NCBI GenBank assembly: GCA_964612665.1
Contig: CAZTCI010000004.1
Location: forward strand, 14,376 to 78,375
Direction of reading: 5' to 3'
Source of the DNA: an uncultured Planctomycetales bacterium
GTDB taxonomy: Bacteria; Omnitrophota; Gorgyraeia; Zapsychrales; JAHFFX01
Length of the DNA: 64,000 bases
Below, piece by piece: positions 47,715-57,840 of the stretch. The notes below the pieces were generated by a model. It saw only the letters and a list, made by a program, of their open reading frames with translations, had not been told where the DNA came from and searched no databases. Both the position numbers and the translations under genes were made by a program. Every line of letters starts with the position of its first letter. The first letter of the stretch is position 1.

Positions 47715-50700
47715 ATGGCTAAATTTTTTATTGATCGTCCCATTTTTGCGTGGGTCGTTTCTCTTCTTATTATGTTGCTGGGAATTTTGGCGATTACCAA
47801 ATTGCCTGTCGCTCAATATCCCAGCGTCGCGCCGCCTGCGATTTCCGTTTCAGCACTTTACGCCGGAGCGTCCGCAGAAACTTTGCAAAACACCGTTACA
47901 TCTGTCATCGAACAACAGATGAACGGTATTGATAATCTGCTTTATATTTCTTCCAGTAGCAATGCAAGCGGCCAATCGACGGTGACTTTATACTTCCAAC
48001 CTGGAACCAATCCTGACATCGCCCAAGTTCAAGTCCAAAACAAAGTTCAATTAGCTATTCCCAATCTACCTCAAACTGTCCAACAGCAAGGTGTCAGTGT
48101 TGCCAAAACAACGCGTAATTATCTGATGTTTTTTACATTGTCTTCGACCGACGGGCGGATGGATGAAATTGCTTTGGGGAATTATATTGCCTCAAGCGTT
48201 CTTGATTCGATCCGTCGTGTCTCCGGTGTCGGGCAAGCCGATATGTTTGGCACCGAATATGCCATGCGGATCTGGTTGAATCCCGAGAAGCTGACAAGTT
48301 TTAATTTAACAACAAACGATATCATTAACGCCATTCAAACCCAAAATGTTCAAATCGCCGTCGGGCAGCTAGGCGCCCGGCCGGCTGTCTCAGGTCAGGA
48401 GTTGAATGTGACTTTGCAGGGACGAAGCACCTTGCAGACGGTCGAAGATTTTCAAAATATTTTGCTTCGAGTCAACGCAGATGGATCTCGTGTTCTTATG
48501 CGCGATGTGGCGCGCGTTGCTCTTGAGGGTCAGGATTATACGACGCAAGCCCGCGTGAATGGACGTCCGGCGGCAGCCGTTGCTATTCGGCTTTCTCCAT
48601 CGGCCAACGCGATTGCTACAGCAGACGCTGTGCGGGCGAAAGTGAATGACCTTTCAAAATTCTTCCCACCTGGCATTCGGGTTGATTATCCTTTCGATGG
48701 ATCGAGCTTTGTTCATATTTCAATAGAAGAAGTTGTAAAGACCTTAGTCATTGCAATCTTTCTTGTCTTTTTAGTTATTTATCTATTTTTACAAAACATC
48801 AGAACAACAATCATTCCAACGATCGTTGTTCCTGTCGCGTTATTGGGGACTTTTGCGGTTATGAAGGCGTTGGGATTTTCCATTAATGTTTTAACCATGT
48901 TTGGATTGGTCTTGGCTATTGGAATTCTCGTCGATGATGCGATTGTGGTTGTTGAAAACGTAGAACGGATCATGCATGAAGAGGGCTTAGGCCCGAAAGA
49001 AGCCAGCCGAAAGGCCATGGAACAAATCACCGGGGCCTTGATCGGGATTAGTCTCGTGTTGACCGCCGTTTTTATTCCGATGGCCTTTTTCGGCGGATCG
49101 GTCGGCGCTATCTATCGACAATTTTCACTTTCTCTTATTGCATCGATGTTGTTTTCAATCTTTCTCGCGATGTCTCTGACACCCGCTTTATGTGCCACAT
49201 TATTAAAACCCGTCGAGCAAGGAAACCATCAGCGTAAAAAAGGTTTCTTCGGTTGGTTTAACCGCTCATTTACTGCAGGCACACAAAAATATCAAACAAC
49301 CGTGGGCCAATTGCTTAACAAAACAGCCATTTGTTTGATTATTTATATTGTTATTGTGGCCGCTGTTGTTTGGCTTTATACCCGTTTGCCTTCAGCCTTT
49401 CTTCCAGACGAGGACCAAGGCTATTTTATGACGAGCATACAATTGCCCGTCGGCGCGACGCAACAGCGCACACTTGAAGTTCTTAAACAAGTCGAGGCTT
49501 ATTATTTGAAACAACCTGAGATCGACAGCATCATTACTGTTGCGGGTTTTAGTTTTAACGGCCGCGCTCAAAATTCTGCGTTTGGTTTTATACGTTTAAA
49601 AGATTGGAATGAGCGTCGCGGAGCTCAGCATAAAGTTCAAGCGATTGTGGGGCGCGCTTTTATGAATTTGGCCGGCATTAAAGACGCTATTATTTATCCT
49701 ATTAATCCGCCGCCGATTTTTGAACTTGGAACTTCATCGGGTTTTGATTTTCAACTGCAAGATTTGAGTGGTTTAGGTCACGAAAATTTTATGAAGGCGA
49801 GAAACGAACTTTTAGCCAAAGCAACGAAAAACCTTAATCTCGTCGGTGTCCGTATCCAAGGATTGGAAGATGCTGCGCAGCTTAAGATTGATATCGACGA
49901 CAACAAGGCCAGCGCTTTGGGCGTTTCGTTAAATGATATTAATACTACTCTTCAAGCAAACTTGGGATCGCAGTATGTTAATAATTTTGTGAATGGAAAC
50001 CGGGTTCAGCGCGTCCTTGTTCAGTTGGATGCGCCGTACCGGATGCTGCCTGAGGATATTGGAAAAGTTTTTGTGCGCAATGTTGCTGGGAAAATGGTCC
50101 CATTGTCGACGATTGTTAATTTGCGCTGGACTTATGGCTCGCCTCAGCTTCAACGTTACAACGGTTTTCCATCGATTGAATTTTTAGGCCAAGCGGGCCC
50201 TGGAAAAAGTACCGGCCAAGCGATGAAGGCGATGGAAGATATGGCCAAAGAATTGCCGGCTGGCGTTGGCTACGAATGGACCGGCCAGTCTTATGAGGAA
50301 CGTCTCTCCGGCGCTCAAGCGCCGATTCTTTATACGCTGTCACTCATCGTCGTGTTTTTGTGTTTAGCGGCGCTTTATGAAAGCTGGTCGATTCCATTTG
50401 CGGTTATGCTGGTTGTTCCGTTGGGGATTTTGGGCGCGTTGTTATCCTCGACTCTGCGCGGCTTGCCTAACGATGTTTATTTTAAAGTCGGGTTGTTGGC
50501 CATCATTGGGTTGTCGACGAAGAATGCCATTCTTATTATCGAATTCGCCAAAGATTTGCAGGCGAAGGGAAAAGGTTTAATTGAAGCGACATTGGAAGCC
50601 GTGCATTTGCGGTTACGTCCGATATTAATGACGTCACTCGCGTTTATTTTAGGTGTTCTCCCTTTGGCGCTCAGCCAAGGTGCGGGCTCGGCGAGTCAGC

Positions 50701-50882
50701 ACGCGATTGGGACTGGAGTTGCGGGTGGAATGTTTTCGGCGACAATACTCGCGATCTTTTTTGTGCCGGTCTTTTTTGTTACTGTCCGCCGTATATTTAA
50801 AGGTGAGATCCGCCGGCATGATTCCAATATTCCAACGGAGCCGCGCATTATTGTTGAGAAGGATGAATCTCGCCATGAATAG
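47715..50882 (+). CDS. RND multidrug efflux pump, inner-membrane permease (AcrB/MexB/HAE1 family)
   Basis: 1055 aa. Canonical N-terminus [27 protein letters not shown] and 12-TM RND topology. Conserved TM4 region …[20 protein letters not shown]…. Confidence 0.9.
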   Translation: MAKFFIDRPIFAWVVSLLIMLLGILAITKLPVAQYPSVAPPAISVSALYAGASAETLQNTVTSVIEQQMNGIDNLLYISSSSNASGQSTVTLYFQPGTNPDIAQVQVQNKVQLAIPNLPQTVQQQGVSVAKTTRNYLMFFTLSSTDGRMDEIALGNYIASSVLDSIRRVSGVGQADMFGTEYAMRIWLNPEKLTSFNLTTNDIINAIQTQNVQIAVGQLGARPAVSGQELNVTLQGRSTLQTVEDFQNILLRVNADGSRVLMRDVARVALEGQDYTTQARVNGRPAAAVAIRLSPSANAIATADAVRAKVNDLSKFFPPGIRVDYPFDGSSFVHISIEEVVKTLVIAIFLVFLVIYLFLQNIRTTIIPTIVVPVALLGTFAVMKALGFSINVLTMFGLVLAIGILVDDAIVVVENVERIMHEEGLGPKEASRKAMEQITGALIGISLVLTAVFIPMAFFGGSVGAIYRQFSLSLIASMLFSIFLAMSLTPALCATLLKPVEQGNHQRKKGFFGWFNRSFTAGTQKYQTTVGQLLNKTAICLIIYIVIVAAVVWLYTRLPSAFLPDEDQGYFMTSIQLPVGATQQRTLEVLKQVEAYYLKQPEIDSIITVAGFSFNGRAQNSAFGFIRLKDWNERRGAQHKVQAIVGRAFMNLAGIKDAIIYPINPPPIFELGTSSGFDFQLQDLSGLGHENFMKARNELLAKATKNLNLVGVRIQGLEDAAQLKIDIDDNKASALGVSLNDINTTLQANLGSQYVNNFVNGNRVQRVLVQLDAPYRMLPEDIGKVFVRNVAGKMVPLSTIVNLRWTYGSPQLQRYNGFPSIEFLGQAGPGKSTGQAMKAMEDMAKELPAGVGYEWTGQSYEERLSGAQAPILYTLSLIVVFLCLAALYESWSIPFAVMLVVPLGILGALLSSTLRGLPNDVYFKVGLLAIIGLSTKNAILIIEFAKDLQAKGKGLIEATLEAVHLRLRPILMTSLAFILGVLPLALSQGAGSASQHAIGTGVAGGMFSATILAIFFVPVFFVTVRRIFKGEIRRHDSNIPTEPRIIVEKDESRHE

Positions 50883-52299
50883 ACAACTCGAATTGATTCT
50901 CATCTTGATTGCATTGAACGGATGTTCGCTTATTCCAAAATACGAACGCCCCGCCGCACCGGTTTCAAGCCAATGGCCCGATGCTGAAGATAATAAAAAT
51001 TCAGAAGGAAAGACAGCCTCGGATATCGGCTGGCGTGAATTTTTTAGCGATCCGCGTTTACAGAAATTAATTGAACTGGCGCTTGCCAACAATCGCGATC
51101 TACGCATCGCGGTTTTAAACGTCGAAGAATTGCAGTCGCAATACCGCATTTTACAGTATGCACTATTACCCACTTTCGATATCAGCGCAACGGGCGAACG
51201 CCAACGCGACGTTTTATCCGACGGAAGGCATCTGACAACCACTAAATACAAAGTCACTTTAAATACGGCGTACGAAGTTGATCTTTTTGGAAGGATCAGA
51301 AGTTTAAAGAAACAGGTGCTTGAACAATATTTTGCAACCGCCGAAACGCGCCGCAGTGCGCAGATCACGCTGATGGCTCAGGTGGCCATTCAATATCTAA
51401 CCGAGCGCGCGCTCGATGAGCAACTGGCTCAATTAGAACATACCTTAGAATCTGTTGAAGCTTACTATCAGTTAATAAAGAAAAGTTATGAATTAGGAAA
51501 TACATCTGAACTTGACTTGCGTTCCGTCGAGGCTCAGGTCCAAACGGTGCGCGCGGATATTACCGATTATAAACGTCAACGCTTACAAACTGAAAATGCT
51601 CTAGTGTTGTTGATTGGTGAACCGTTGCCGGATGATTTACCGCTGCCGCAGCCTTTAGGTACTCAGCATTTATTAAGTGATTTACCGGCGGGAATTCCTT
51701 CCGATCTTTTAGAGAGGCGTCCGGATATATTGGCGGCCGAACATCAGTTAAAGGCGGCGAATGCGAATATTGGCGCGGTCCGTGCCGCATTTTTTCCGCA
51801 AATAACGTTGACGACGACATCAGGTTCGGCGAGCGTGCAATTGGCGAAACTTTTTACCAAGGGTTCGGAAGTTTGGAATTTTACTCCCGAAATACTTTTG
51901 CCGATTTTTAACCAAAACACCAATGCAGCGAATTTGAAGGTTGCTAACGTGCGTAAGCGGATCGAAATTACAAATTATGAAAAAGCCATCCAAACGGCTT
52001 TTAGTGAAGTGGCCGACGCACTGGCCGCTCGTTCAACTTTTACGGAACAATTGTCTGCGCAAGATGCCTTGACCAAGACGCAGGAAGCTCGTTATAAGTT
52101 GGCGGGCGCGCGTTATCGTAACGGCGTCGACAGTTATCTTACCGTGCTTACCGCTCAGCAAGATCTTTATCGCGCCGAGCAGGCCTTAATCCAAGTTCAG
52201 TTTTTGAGGCTTTCTAATCTGGTCAATCTCTATAAAGCGCTTGGCGGGGGATGGGAAGAATATTCTTCGGCGGAAACCACCACCAACCGCGGGAATTGA
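50875..52299 (+). CDS. RND efflux outer-membrane factor lipoprotein (OprM/NodT family)
   Basis: Start at [18 protein letters not shown] (lipobox), overlapping the pump stop by 8 nt. The ORF-track 5' extension to 50653 lies inside the pump gene and is rejected. Two OEP repeats; C-terminal …LYKALGGGW. Confidence 0.85.
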   Translation: MNRQLELILILIALNGCSLIPKYERPAAPVSSQWPDAEDNKNSEGKTASDIGWREFFSDPRLQKLIELALANNRDLRIAVLNVEELQSQYRILQYALLPTFDISATGERQRDVLSDGRHLTTTKYKVTLNTAYEVDLFGRIRSLKKQVLEQYFATAETRRSAQITLMAQVAIQYLTERALDEQLAQLEHTLESVEAYYQLIKKSYELGNTSELDLRSVEAQVQTVRADITDYKRQRLQTENALVLLIGEPLPDDLPLPQPLGTQHLLSDLPAGIPSDLLERRPDILAAEHQLKAANANIGAVRAAFFPQITLTTTSGSASVQLAKLFTKGSEVWNFTPEILLPIFNQNTNAANLKVANVRKRIEITNYEKAIQTAFSEVADALAARSTFTEQLSAQDALTKTQEARYKLAGARYRNGVDSYLTVLTAQQDLYRAEQALIQVQFLRLSNLVNLYKALGGGWEEYSSAETTTNRGN

Positions 52300-52303
52300 A
52301 CGC

Positions 52304-52771
52304 TCATTCAACCTCCGCGGTTGAATTGGGAGAACGCAACGCGATTTCCTTTTCAGAATATCGTTTAAATCTCCGTAAATCTTCTTCTATTCTTTCTTCT
52401 GGATTATCAAAAAGATGCGCCAATGCGTCGCCTAATTTTCCAGCCGGAGGAACATAGTGCAACGTTACGGTAACTTCTGTCTCGCAATGATCTAACTCAT
52501 TAAAGGTTACCATCCCGCTTGTCTTTAAATCTCCGTCGAGGCTATTCCTGGCAATGCGCTTGTTCTCTTGTAAGTCCGTAATCTGAGCGTCCCATTCTAA
52601 ATCTTTGCCCATCGCGCCTTCCATAATCCAATGACTTGTCCGGCTGCTGGTTTTATTCACGGTTTTTATATTTTTCATAAAAAACGGAAAATTATCAAAA
52701 TTGATCCACAGCTTAAAAATGTCTGCAACATTTCCTTTTACAATTATGGTTTTAGTAATCGTGTCTGACAT
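52304..52771 (-). CDS. SRPBCC-superfamily protein (polyketide cyclase/dehydrase-like, Bet v1 fold)
   Basis: ~155 aa of alternating beta/alpha pattern (…TIIVKGNVADIFKLWINFDNFPFFMKNIKTV…) typical of SRPBCC ligand-binding proteins. Start taken at MSDTITK; an alternative start is 52783. Convergent with the outer-membrane-factor gene. Confidence 0.5.
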   Translation of the reverse strand: MSDTITKTIIVKGNVADIFKLWINFDNFPFFMKNIKTVNKTSSRTSHWIMEGAMGKDLEWDAQITDLQENKRIARNSLDGDLKTSGMVTFNELDHCETEVTVTLHYVPPAGKLGDALAHLFDNPEERIEEDLRRFKRYSEKEIALRSPNSTAEVE

Positions 52772-52878
52772 GACCGCCTCCATAACTTAAATTGTAAAAA
52801 AGAGCAGATTAAAAAGACGTTACTGGCCTTTTCTCTCCCCAAGATAAGGTTGTTCTATCATTCTCAGGGAGAAAAGGC

Positions 52879-52916
52879 CTAGTACTAGACTTTTGCAATG
52901 CAAAAGTCAGTAAAAG
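52879..52916. repeat. Second, inverted exact copy of the 38-bp palindrome-containing element
   Basis: tagtactagacttttgcaatgcaaaagtcagtaaaaga is the reverse complement of 7825..7862. It lies in the divergent promoter region between the SRPBCC and Ada-like genes and is preceded by an additional long hairpin (52826..52880). Confidence 0.85.
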
Positions 52917-53010
52917 AAAATTAAAAAACTTCATCGCAAGAATCGGGTGGCGGAGCTTTTGAGGGCGAGTATAATAAAACTCGCAAAGAAGGAAAATCAG
53001 GAGAGTCACG

Positions 53011-53874
53011 ATGAACGATTTGAAACAATTCTCAAAAGATTATTATCGAATTGAGAAGGCGATTTGCTTTATCGACGAGAATTTTAAAAATCAGCCGACA
53101 TTGAAAGAAATGGCCGAAGCCGCCGGCATCAGCCGTTTTCATTTTCAGCGTATTTTTCAGCGCTGGGCCGGCATCAGCCCCAAAAAATTCTTACAGTTTT
53201 TAACCAAAGAATATGCCAAGCAATTATTAAAAGAATCAAATTTATTAGAGACAAGTTACGAAGCTGGGTTATCTGGTCCCGGCCGTTTGCACGATTTGTT
53301 CGTCACCTGTGAAGGAATGAGTCCGGGTGAATATAAGGACGGAGGTCAGGGATTAAAAATTGATTATGGATTTCATCCGACGCCTTTTGGAGAAGCTTTT
53401 ATGGCGTTAACTGATCGAGGCATTTGCGGCCTTTCATTTATAAATGAACCCGACGCAGAAAAAACAATTAAAAAGTTTCAGCAAGATTGGTCTAAAGCGA
53501 AATTGAATTTCAATCAAGCGAGAGTTAAAGATCATATAGAAAGTATATTCCCGTCCGCAATAAAATCTAAAAAGACTTCTATAAAGCTTTTATGCCGGGG
53601 AACAAATTTTCAGATTAAAGTCTGGGAAGCGCTTTTAAGAATTCCGTCCGGATGCGTTGTTACTTACAAAACAGTGGCCGAGGGAATTCAGTGTCCCAAA
53701 GCCGTCCGCGCCGTCGGGAATGCCATTGGCCGAAATCCGATCGCCTATTTAATTCCTTGTCACCGCGTCATTCGCGGTGCTGGTCATTTTGGCGGCTATC
53801 GCTGGGGGATGAGCCGCAAAAAAGCAATATTGGCTTTAGAAGCTAAAAAGCACAACGCGGGGACAGTTGATTAA
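53011..53874 (+). CDS. Ada-like bifunctional regulator: AraC-family HTH domain fused to O6-methylguanine-DNA methyltransferase domain
   Basis: AraC HTH (…LKEMAEAAGISRFHFQRIFQRWAGISPKKFLQ…). C-terminal MGMT active site 'IPCHRVI' (…NPIAYLIPCHRVIRGAGHFGGYRWG…). Confidence 0.85.
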   Translation: MNDLKQFSKDYYRIEKAICFIDENFKNQPTLKEMAEAAGISRFHFQRIFQRWAGISPKKFLQFLTKEYAKQLLKESNLLETSYEAGLSGPGRLHDLFVTCEGMSPGEYKDGGQGLKIDYGFHPTPFGEAFMALTDRGICGLSFINEPDAEKTIKKFQQDWSKAKLNFNQARVKDHIESIFPSAIKSKKTSIKLLCRGTNFQIKVWEALLRIPSGCVVTYKTVAEGIQCPKAVRAVGNAIGRNPIAYLIPCHRVIRGAGHFGGYRWGMSRKKAILALEAKKHNAGTVD

Positions 53875-53959
53875 GAAGAATTAATATTAAATTAACCTGC
53901 CATTAAGGTCGTCAATGTTATCGTACTTGTGAAAATTTTAAAAAACGAGGAGATAACAA

Positions 53960-54079
53960 ATGCAGATCAAAAATAAAATAAAAAGTAAAAAGGGAAAAAT
54001 CGGCTGGGCGATTCTATGGTTGTTGGGTGTGCCGCTTCCGATATTGTTTCTTTTATTTCTAATAAGAGGCTGCACTTAA
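53960..54079 (+). CDS. Small (39 aa) basic membrane peptide, not in the supplied ORF track
   Basis: ATG at 53960 preceded by gaggag 8 nt upstream. Encodes MQIKNKIKSKKGKIGWAILWLLGVPLPILFLLFLIRGCT (Lys-rich N-tail plus one TM). A hairpin with T-run (aggtcagatgaattttcgtctggcctttttt, ~54127..54166) follows. Confidence 0.45.
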   Translation: MQIKNKIKSKKGKIGWAILWLLGVPLPILFLLFLIRGCT

Positions 54080-54181
54080 ATATAGAGAAAGATGTTTTAT
54101 TAATTTGTTCGGACAGATTACAAAGGTCAGATGAATTTTCGTCTGGCCTTTTTTATGCTTAAGTTCAAATGCGTCAAATTT

Positions 54182-54209
54182 TTGACAAAAGGGAAGCGTT
54201 CTTTATAAT
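54182..54209 (+). promoter_or_regulatory. Sigma-70-type promoter (-35 TTGACA / 16-nt spacer / -10 TATAAT) upstream of the 54318 gene
   Basis: ttgaca at 54182..54187 and tataat at 54204..54209 are perfect consensus hexamers. An ~110-nt leader precedes the GTG start at 54318. Confidence 0.55.
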
Positions 54210-54317
54210 ACGGATTTGGCGGTTAAAATTTAAGCGGAAATTAAAGGAACTTTCGCATAGACCCCGCTGTCTAAAGGATCGAAAGCAGCTAAGATTCTAA
54301 ACTAATGAGGAGGTCAT

Positions 54318-54962
54318 GTGCTTAAGATCAAGAATTTTATTAAAAGCTCAGTAATTCTTTCAGCTCTTCTCTTATTATTCTCACCCGCCAAATCCTACGC
54401 GTGGTGGGGCGACCATCACTACCATTCTTATCGCCACTATGACCATCCTCACGTCGGTTTTGAAGTATCATTCTTACCACACGATTGTTTTTCATTCTAT
54501 ATAGGAAGTTCGAGATATTATTACGACGACGATGTTTATTATCTTCGCCGGGGTCCGGAGTATGTTGTTGTTGCTCCCCCGGTAGGCGCTGTTGTCAGAA
54601 CGATTCCATCTTATTATGAACTCGTTATGATAAATGGGGTTCCTTATTATACGAATGGCGGTGTTTACTATGTATATACGCGGCGCGGTTATCAAATTGT
54701 TCCGGCGCCGGTCACAGTTGTTGCCGCTGCCCCGGTTACACCAACGCCAACCCCGCCTATCATAGTGACTCAGCCAACTTCGCCGCCCGTCGGAAATGTT
54801 TCATCCGATGATGCGTTCACAATCAATGTTCCAAAAAGTAACGGCCAGGGCTATACTTCGGTAACGATTAAAAGATCTGGCCAAGGTTTTGTCGGCCCGC
54901 AGGGAGAATTTTATTCAGAGTTTCCTAAAGTTGAACAATTGCGGGTTATGTACGGTAAATAA
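54318..54962 (+). CDS. Secreted His/Tyr-rich protein of unknown function
   Basis: GTG start with aggagg 5 nt upstream. Signal peptide. 'WWGDHHYHSYRHYDHPH' His-rich segment. YY/VYY-rich middle (…YYYDDDVYYLRRGPEYVVVAPP…GVPYYTNGGVYYVY…). Pro/Thr linker. Confidence 0.5.
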   Translation: MLKIKNFIKSSVILSALLLLFSPAKSYAWWGDHHYHSYRHYDHPHVGFEVSFLPHDCFSFYIGSSRYYYDDDVYYLRRGPEYVVVAPPVGAVVRTIPSYYELVMINGVPYYTNGGVYYVYTRRGYQIVPAPVTVVAAAPVTPTPTPPIIVTQPTSPPVGNVSSDDAFTINVPKSNGQGYTSVTIKRSGQGFVGPQGEFYSEFPKVEQLRVMYGK

Positions 54963-55022
54963 AAATAAATGAATTTAATTGGGCGCCCAAGGCTCGATTA
55001 TATAAATTTGAAAAGAAGCGAA

Positions 55023-55577
55023 ATGCAAGATATATCCGACGAGGTTTTGATAAAAGCAGCGCAGGGCGATTTGGAAGCTTTTGATCAAGTCTATAAAGCG
55101 GCCTGCGTCTTTGTGTATAACGTGGCGTACCGGGTCGTTCAGCATAAAGAGGAGGCCCAAGAAGTGACCCAAGAAGTTTTTATAACCTTACATAAAAAAT
55201 TAAAAGACTTTCGTTTTCAGTCATCTTTTAAAACCTGGGTTTATCGGGTTACAACCAATTGCGCCATTAATCATGTAAAAAAGATTTCCAAAGAAAGAAA
55301 CCGCCGGGTCGATTACGACGATAATTTGGAAATCCCAACGGCTGAGGTTGAAATGGACATAGACAAAGAAGATCGTAAAGAACGTATTAATGAATTATTA
55401 AAAGTCCTTAATCCTGAACAGCGGGCCTGTATCGTTCTTAGAAATATTGAAGGCCTTAGTTATGAAGAAATCGCCCGGGCCCTTGAAATTAATATCAATA
55501 CCGTCCGTTCAAGATTAAAAAGAGCCAGAGAAAAATTATTGGCTCTTGGAAAGAAGGTCGCTTATGAAGACGTGTGA
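55023..55577 (+). CDS. RNA polymerase ECF sigma factor (sigma-70 group IV)
   Basis: Region 2 (…VYNVAYRVVQHKEEAQEVTQEVFITLHKKLKDFRFQSSFKTWVYRVTTNCAINHVKK) and region 4 (…EQRACIVLRNIEGLSYEEIARALEININTVRSRLKRAREKL). Start chosen at MQDISDEVLIKAAQGD; the longest ORF starts at 54969. Confidence 0.85.
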   Translation: MQDISDEVLIKAAQGDLEAFDQVYKAACVFVYNVAYRVVQHKEEAQEVTQEVFITLHKKLKDFRFQSSFKTWVYRVTTNCAINHVKKISKERNRRVDYDDNLEIPTAEVEMDIDKEDRKERINELLKVLNPEQRACIVLRNIEGLSYEEIARALEININTVRSRLKRAREKLLALGKKVAYEDV

Positions 55578-56034
55578 AAAATTTAGAGATTTAATCCTGA
55601 CGGATTATGTCGACGAGGAATTAGAGGTCACTGCCAAGCAAGAGGTGGAGGCGCATTTACTCGTGTGCTCAGAATGTCGGCAGCTGGCGGATGAAGTTCG
55701 GCGGGATTTGATTCAACCATTTCAGCAAGCCCCGCGCCAGGAAATTCCAGATCAGGTTTGGTCATCGATCCGTAACAAGATAACCGAGGCCGCAACCGAG
55801 AAGAGTTTACTTGATCGGTTAATTGAACTTCTTTTTCCTAAAGCGGCTGTGGCTTTGGGAAGTCTTGCCGTTTTAATTTTAATGAGCACGTTTCTCTTTA
55901 ATAATTGGCAAAAGCAGCAGGCGAAGGAAAAAGACCAGGGTGAATATCTGGCTTATCTTTTGGAATCACCAAGTGCATCTGCAGAAACTGAAAGCAACGG
56001 GTTAAGTACATCGATTGAAACGTATTTTTTATAA
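55564..56034 (+). CDS. Anti-sigma factor (zf-HC2/ChrR-RsrA-type zinc finger + single TM)
   Basis: ATG overlaps the sigma stop (cttATGAagac). 'HLLVCSECRQ' H-x3-C-x2-C zinc-binding motif. TM helix …AVALGSLAVLILMSTFLF…. Immediately downstream of the ECF sigma gene. Confidence 0.75.
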   Translation: MKTCEKFRDLILTDYVDEELEVTAKQEVEAHLLVCSECRQLADEVRRDLIQPFQQAPRQEIPDQVWSSIRNKITEAATEKSLLDRLIELLFPKAAVALGSLAVLILMSTFLFNNWQKQQAKEKDQGEYLAYLLESPSASAETESNGLSTSIETYFL

Positions 56035-56047
56035 GAGGAGGATTTCA

Positions 56048-56530
56048 ATGAAAGTTCATCAAAAGTTAATGATCATCTTGTTTTGCGTGTGTAGCCTCTC
56101 GGCTTTACCAGCTGTTTATGCCGACGACGCTCAGAATTCTTCTGATGACAGATTAAGCAGCCCGGATAAACGGCGTGAATGGATGGATAAAAAGATACAG
56201 GAAATTTATGGCCAGCTTAATCTAAATGAAGATCAGAAAAAACAACTCGATGTCAACAAAGCGCAGCACCGCGACAAGATGAAAGGTGTTTTTGATAGGA
56301 TGCGTTCTGCTAGAAATCAGCTTAATCAAGAGCTAATGAAATCGGATTTGGATATGACTAAGGTTAACGAAATCCAAACGCAGATTAAATCACTTCAAGC
56401 TGAAATGTCCGACGACCGCTTGAGCTCCATCCTTGAAGTCAAAAAAATATTGACGCCAGAACAGTTTGGCCAGTTTATTTCCTTGATAGGAAAACACAGA
56501 GCAGAAGACCAATCGATGAAAGATAAGTAA
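56048..56530 (+). CDS. Periplasmic LTXXQ-motif protein (CpxP/Spy/ZraP family)
   Basis: Signal peptide MKVHQKLMIILFCVCSLSALPAVYA; RBS gaggagga. Helical Gln/Lys-rich body with 'KKILTPEQFGQF' LTxxQ motif. Confidence 0.65.
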   Translation: MKVHQKLMIILFCVCSLSALPAVYADDAQNSSDDRLSSPDKRREWMDKKIQEIYGQLNLNEDQKKQLDVNKAQHRDKMKGVFDRMRSARNQLNQELMKSDLDMTKVNEIQTQIKSLQAEMSDDRLSSILEVKKILTPEQFGQFISLIGKHRAEDQSMKDK

Positions 56531-56574
56531 ACGTCTTTTGCTGCGTCAAAGTTTTTTTAAAGATAGGGGAGTGT

Positions 56575-57840
56575 ATGTCGAAGTGGTTAGGTTCTTTTAT
56601 AGGCATACTGTTTTTTCTGATAAGTGTCACGTCGGTTTGGCCCGCCGAAGAATTGACATGGCAAGACTGTTTACGTGAAGCGGCCCACAATCACCCTGAT
56701 TTGATTGCGGCCCAGGAAGAAGTCATTCAGGACCAAGCCGCCAAAACGGTTACAGCCAGTATTTTATATCCTCAAGTCACCGCCGATCTTAACGCCTCCA
56801 ATTCCAAATCCAATCAGACAGGTTCAAGTAATTCCTTTAATTATGGTCTCTCCGGTACATTTCTTTTATTTGATGGATTCAAAACGATTAATAATGTTCA
56901 CGCCGCCGGAGAAACCGTTAAAGCGGCCCGCGAAAATTTTAAATTCACTTCTGCGACTGTCCGTTTTCGTTTGCGCACGGCTTTTATTGATCTTTTAAAA
57001 GCCCAGCAACTCGTCGAGCTTTCCCAGGAAATTTATAAAATACGAAAAAGCAATTTGGAACTCATTTCATTACGCTATCAGTCTGGCACCGAACATAAAG
57101 GGGCTTTATTGACGGCGCAAGCGAATTTATCGGAAGCCACTTACGAAATTAATCAAGCGAAACGCGCTGTTGAAGTTGCCCAACGGCAATTGGTGAAGGA
57201 GTTGGGCCGCGCTCATTTTTCACCGCTGACAGCCAAAGGCAGTTTCGATGTCAGTGCGCCTGATTCTACGACCCCCAACTTTGAAAGTATCACCCAGAAA
57301 AATTCATCTCTTTTAAAAATTAGCGCTCAAAAGAATGCGGCCGCTTTTGATACGAAAGCGAGTGAAGGTGATTTTTGGCCGACTATTTCCGTCGACGGAG
57401 ACGTTAATAAATCCGGCAGCCGCTGGCCGCCTGGCGAACATGAAACATCCGCCGGCGTTCGCGTTTCGTTACCTTTATTTGAAGGCGGCGCGCGATTGGC
57501 CCAAGTCGCAAAAGCCAAAAGTTTTTACCGGCAGTTAGAGCAGCAAGAACGCAGCACGAAAGACGGAATCATTTTAAGTCTTCAGCAAGACTGGAACAAT
57601 TGGCAGGATGCGGTTGAACAAGTAACAGTACAGCAGAATTTTTTGAACGCCGCCGAGGAACGCTCAAAAATCGCCCAACAGCAATATTCCGTCGGGCTCA
57701 TCTCGTTTGATAACTGGACGATTATTGAAGATGATCTGGTTAGAAATAAAAATGCCTTTTTAGATGCTCAAGCAAACGCGTTTTTAGCTGAGGCCAATTG
57801 GATTCAAGTTAAGGGGGAGACAATAGAGTATGAAAATTAA
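56575..57840 (+). CDS. TolC-family outer-membrane efflux protein
   Basis: Signal peptide. Two outer-membrane-efflux-protein repeats (…LTWQDCLREAAHNHPDLIAAQEEV…; …LISLRYQSGTEHKGALLTAQANLSEATYEINQAKRAVEVAQRQL…). Confidence 0.8.
   Translation: MSKWLGSFIGILFFLISVTSVWPAEELTWQDCLREAAHNHPDLIAAQEEVIQDQAAKTVTASILYPQVTADLNASNSKSNQTGSSNSFNYGLSGTFLLFDGFKTINNVHAAGETVKAARENFKFTSATVRFRLRTAFIDLLKAQQLVELSQEIYKIRKSNLELISLRYQSGTEHKGALLTAQANLSEATYEINQAKRAVEVAQRQLVKELGRAHFSPLTAKGSFDVSAPDSTTPNFESITQKNSSLLKISAQKNAAAFDTKASEGDFWPTISVDGDVNKSGSRWPPGEHETSAGVRVSLPLFEGGARLAQVAKAKSFYRQLEQQERSTKDGIILSLQQDWNNWQDAVEQVTVQQNFLNAAEERSKIAQQQYSVGLISFDNWTIIEDDLVRNKNAFLDAQANAFLAEANWIQVKGETIEYEN

Noticed and set aside
50653-50874. 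5' extension of the outer-membrane-factor ORF reported by the ORF track (start 50653)
   Set aside because: The extension lies entirely inside the RND pump gene in another frame. The internal Met at 50875 is followed immediately by a lipoprotein signal peptide with lipobox (LNGCS), which is the expected start.
54969-55022. Longer N-terminal extension of the ECF sigma factor
   Set aside because: ECF sigma homology (the conserved …EVLIKAAQGDLEAFDQVY region-1.2/2.1 start) begins at the internal Met at 55023. The extension adds 18 residues with no family counterpart.
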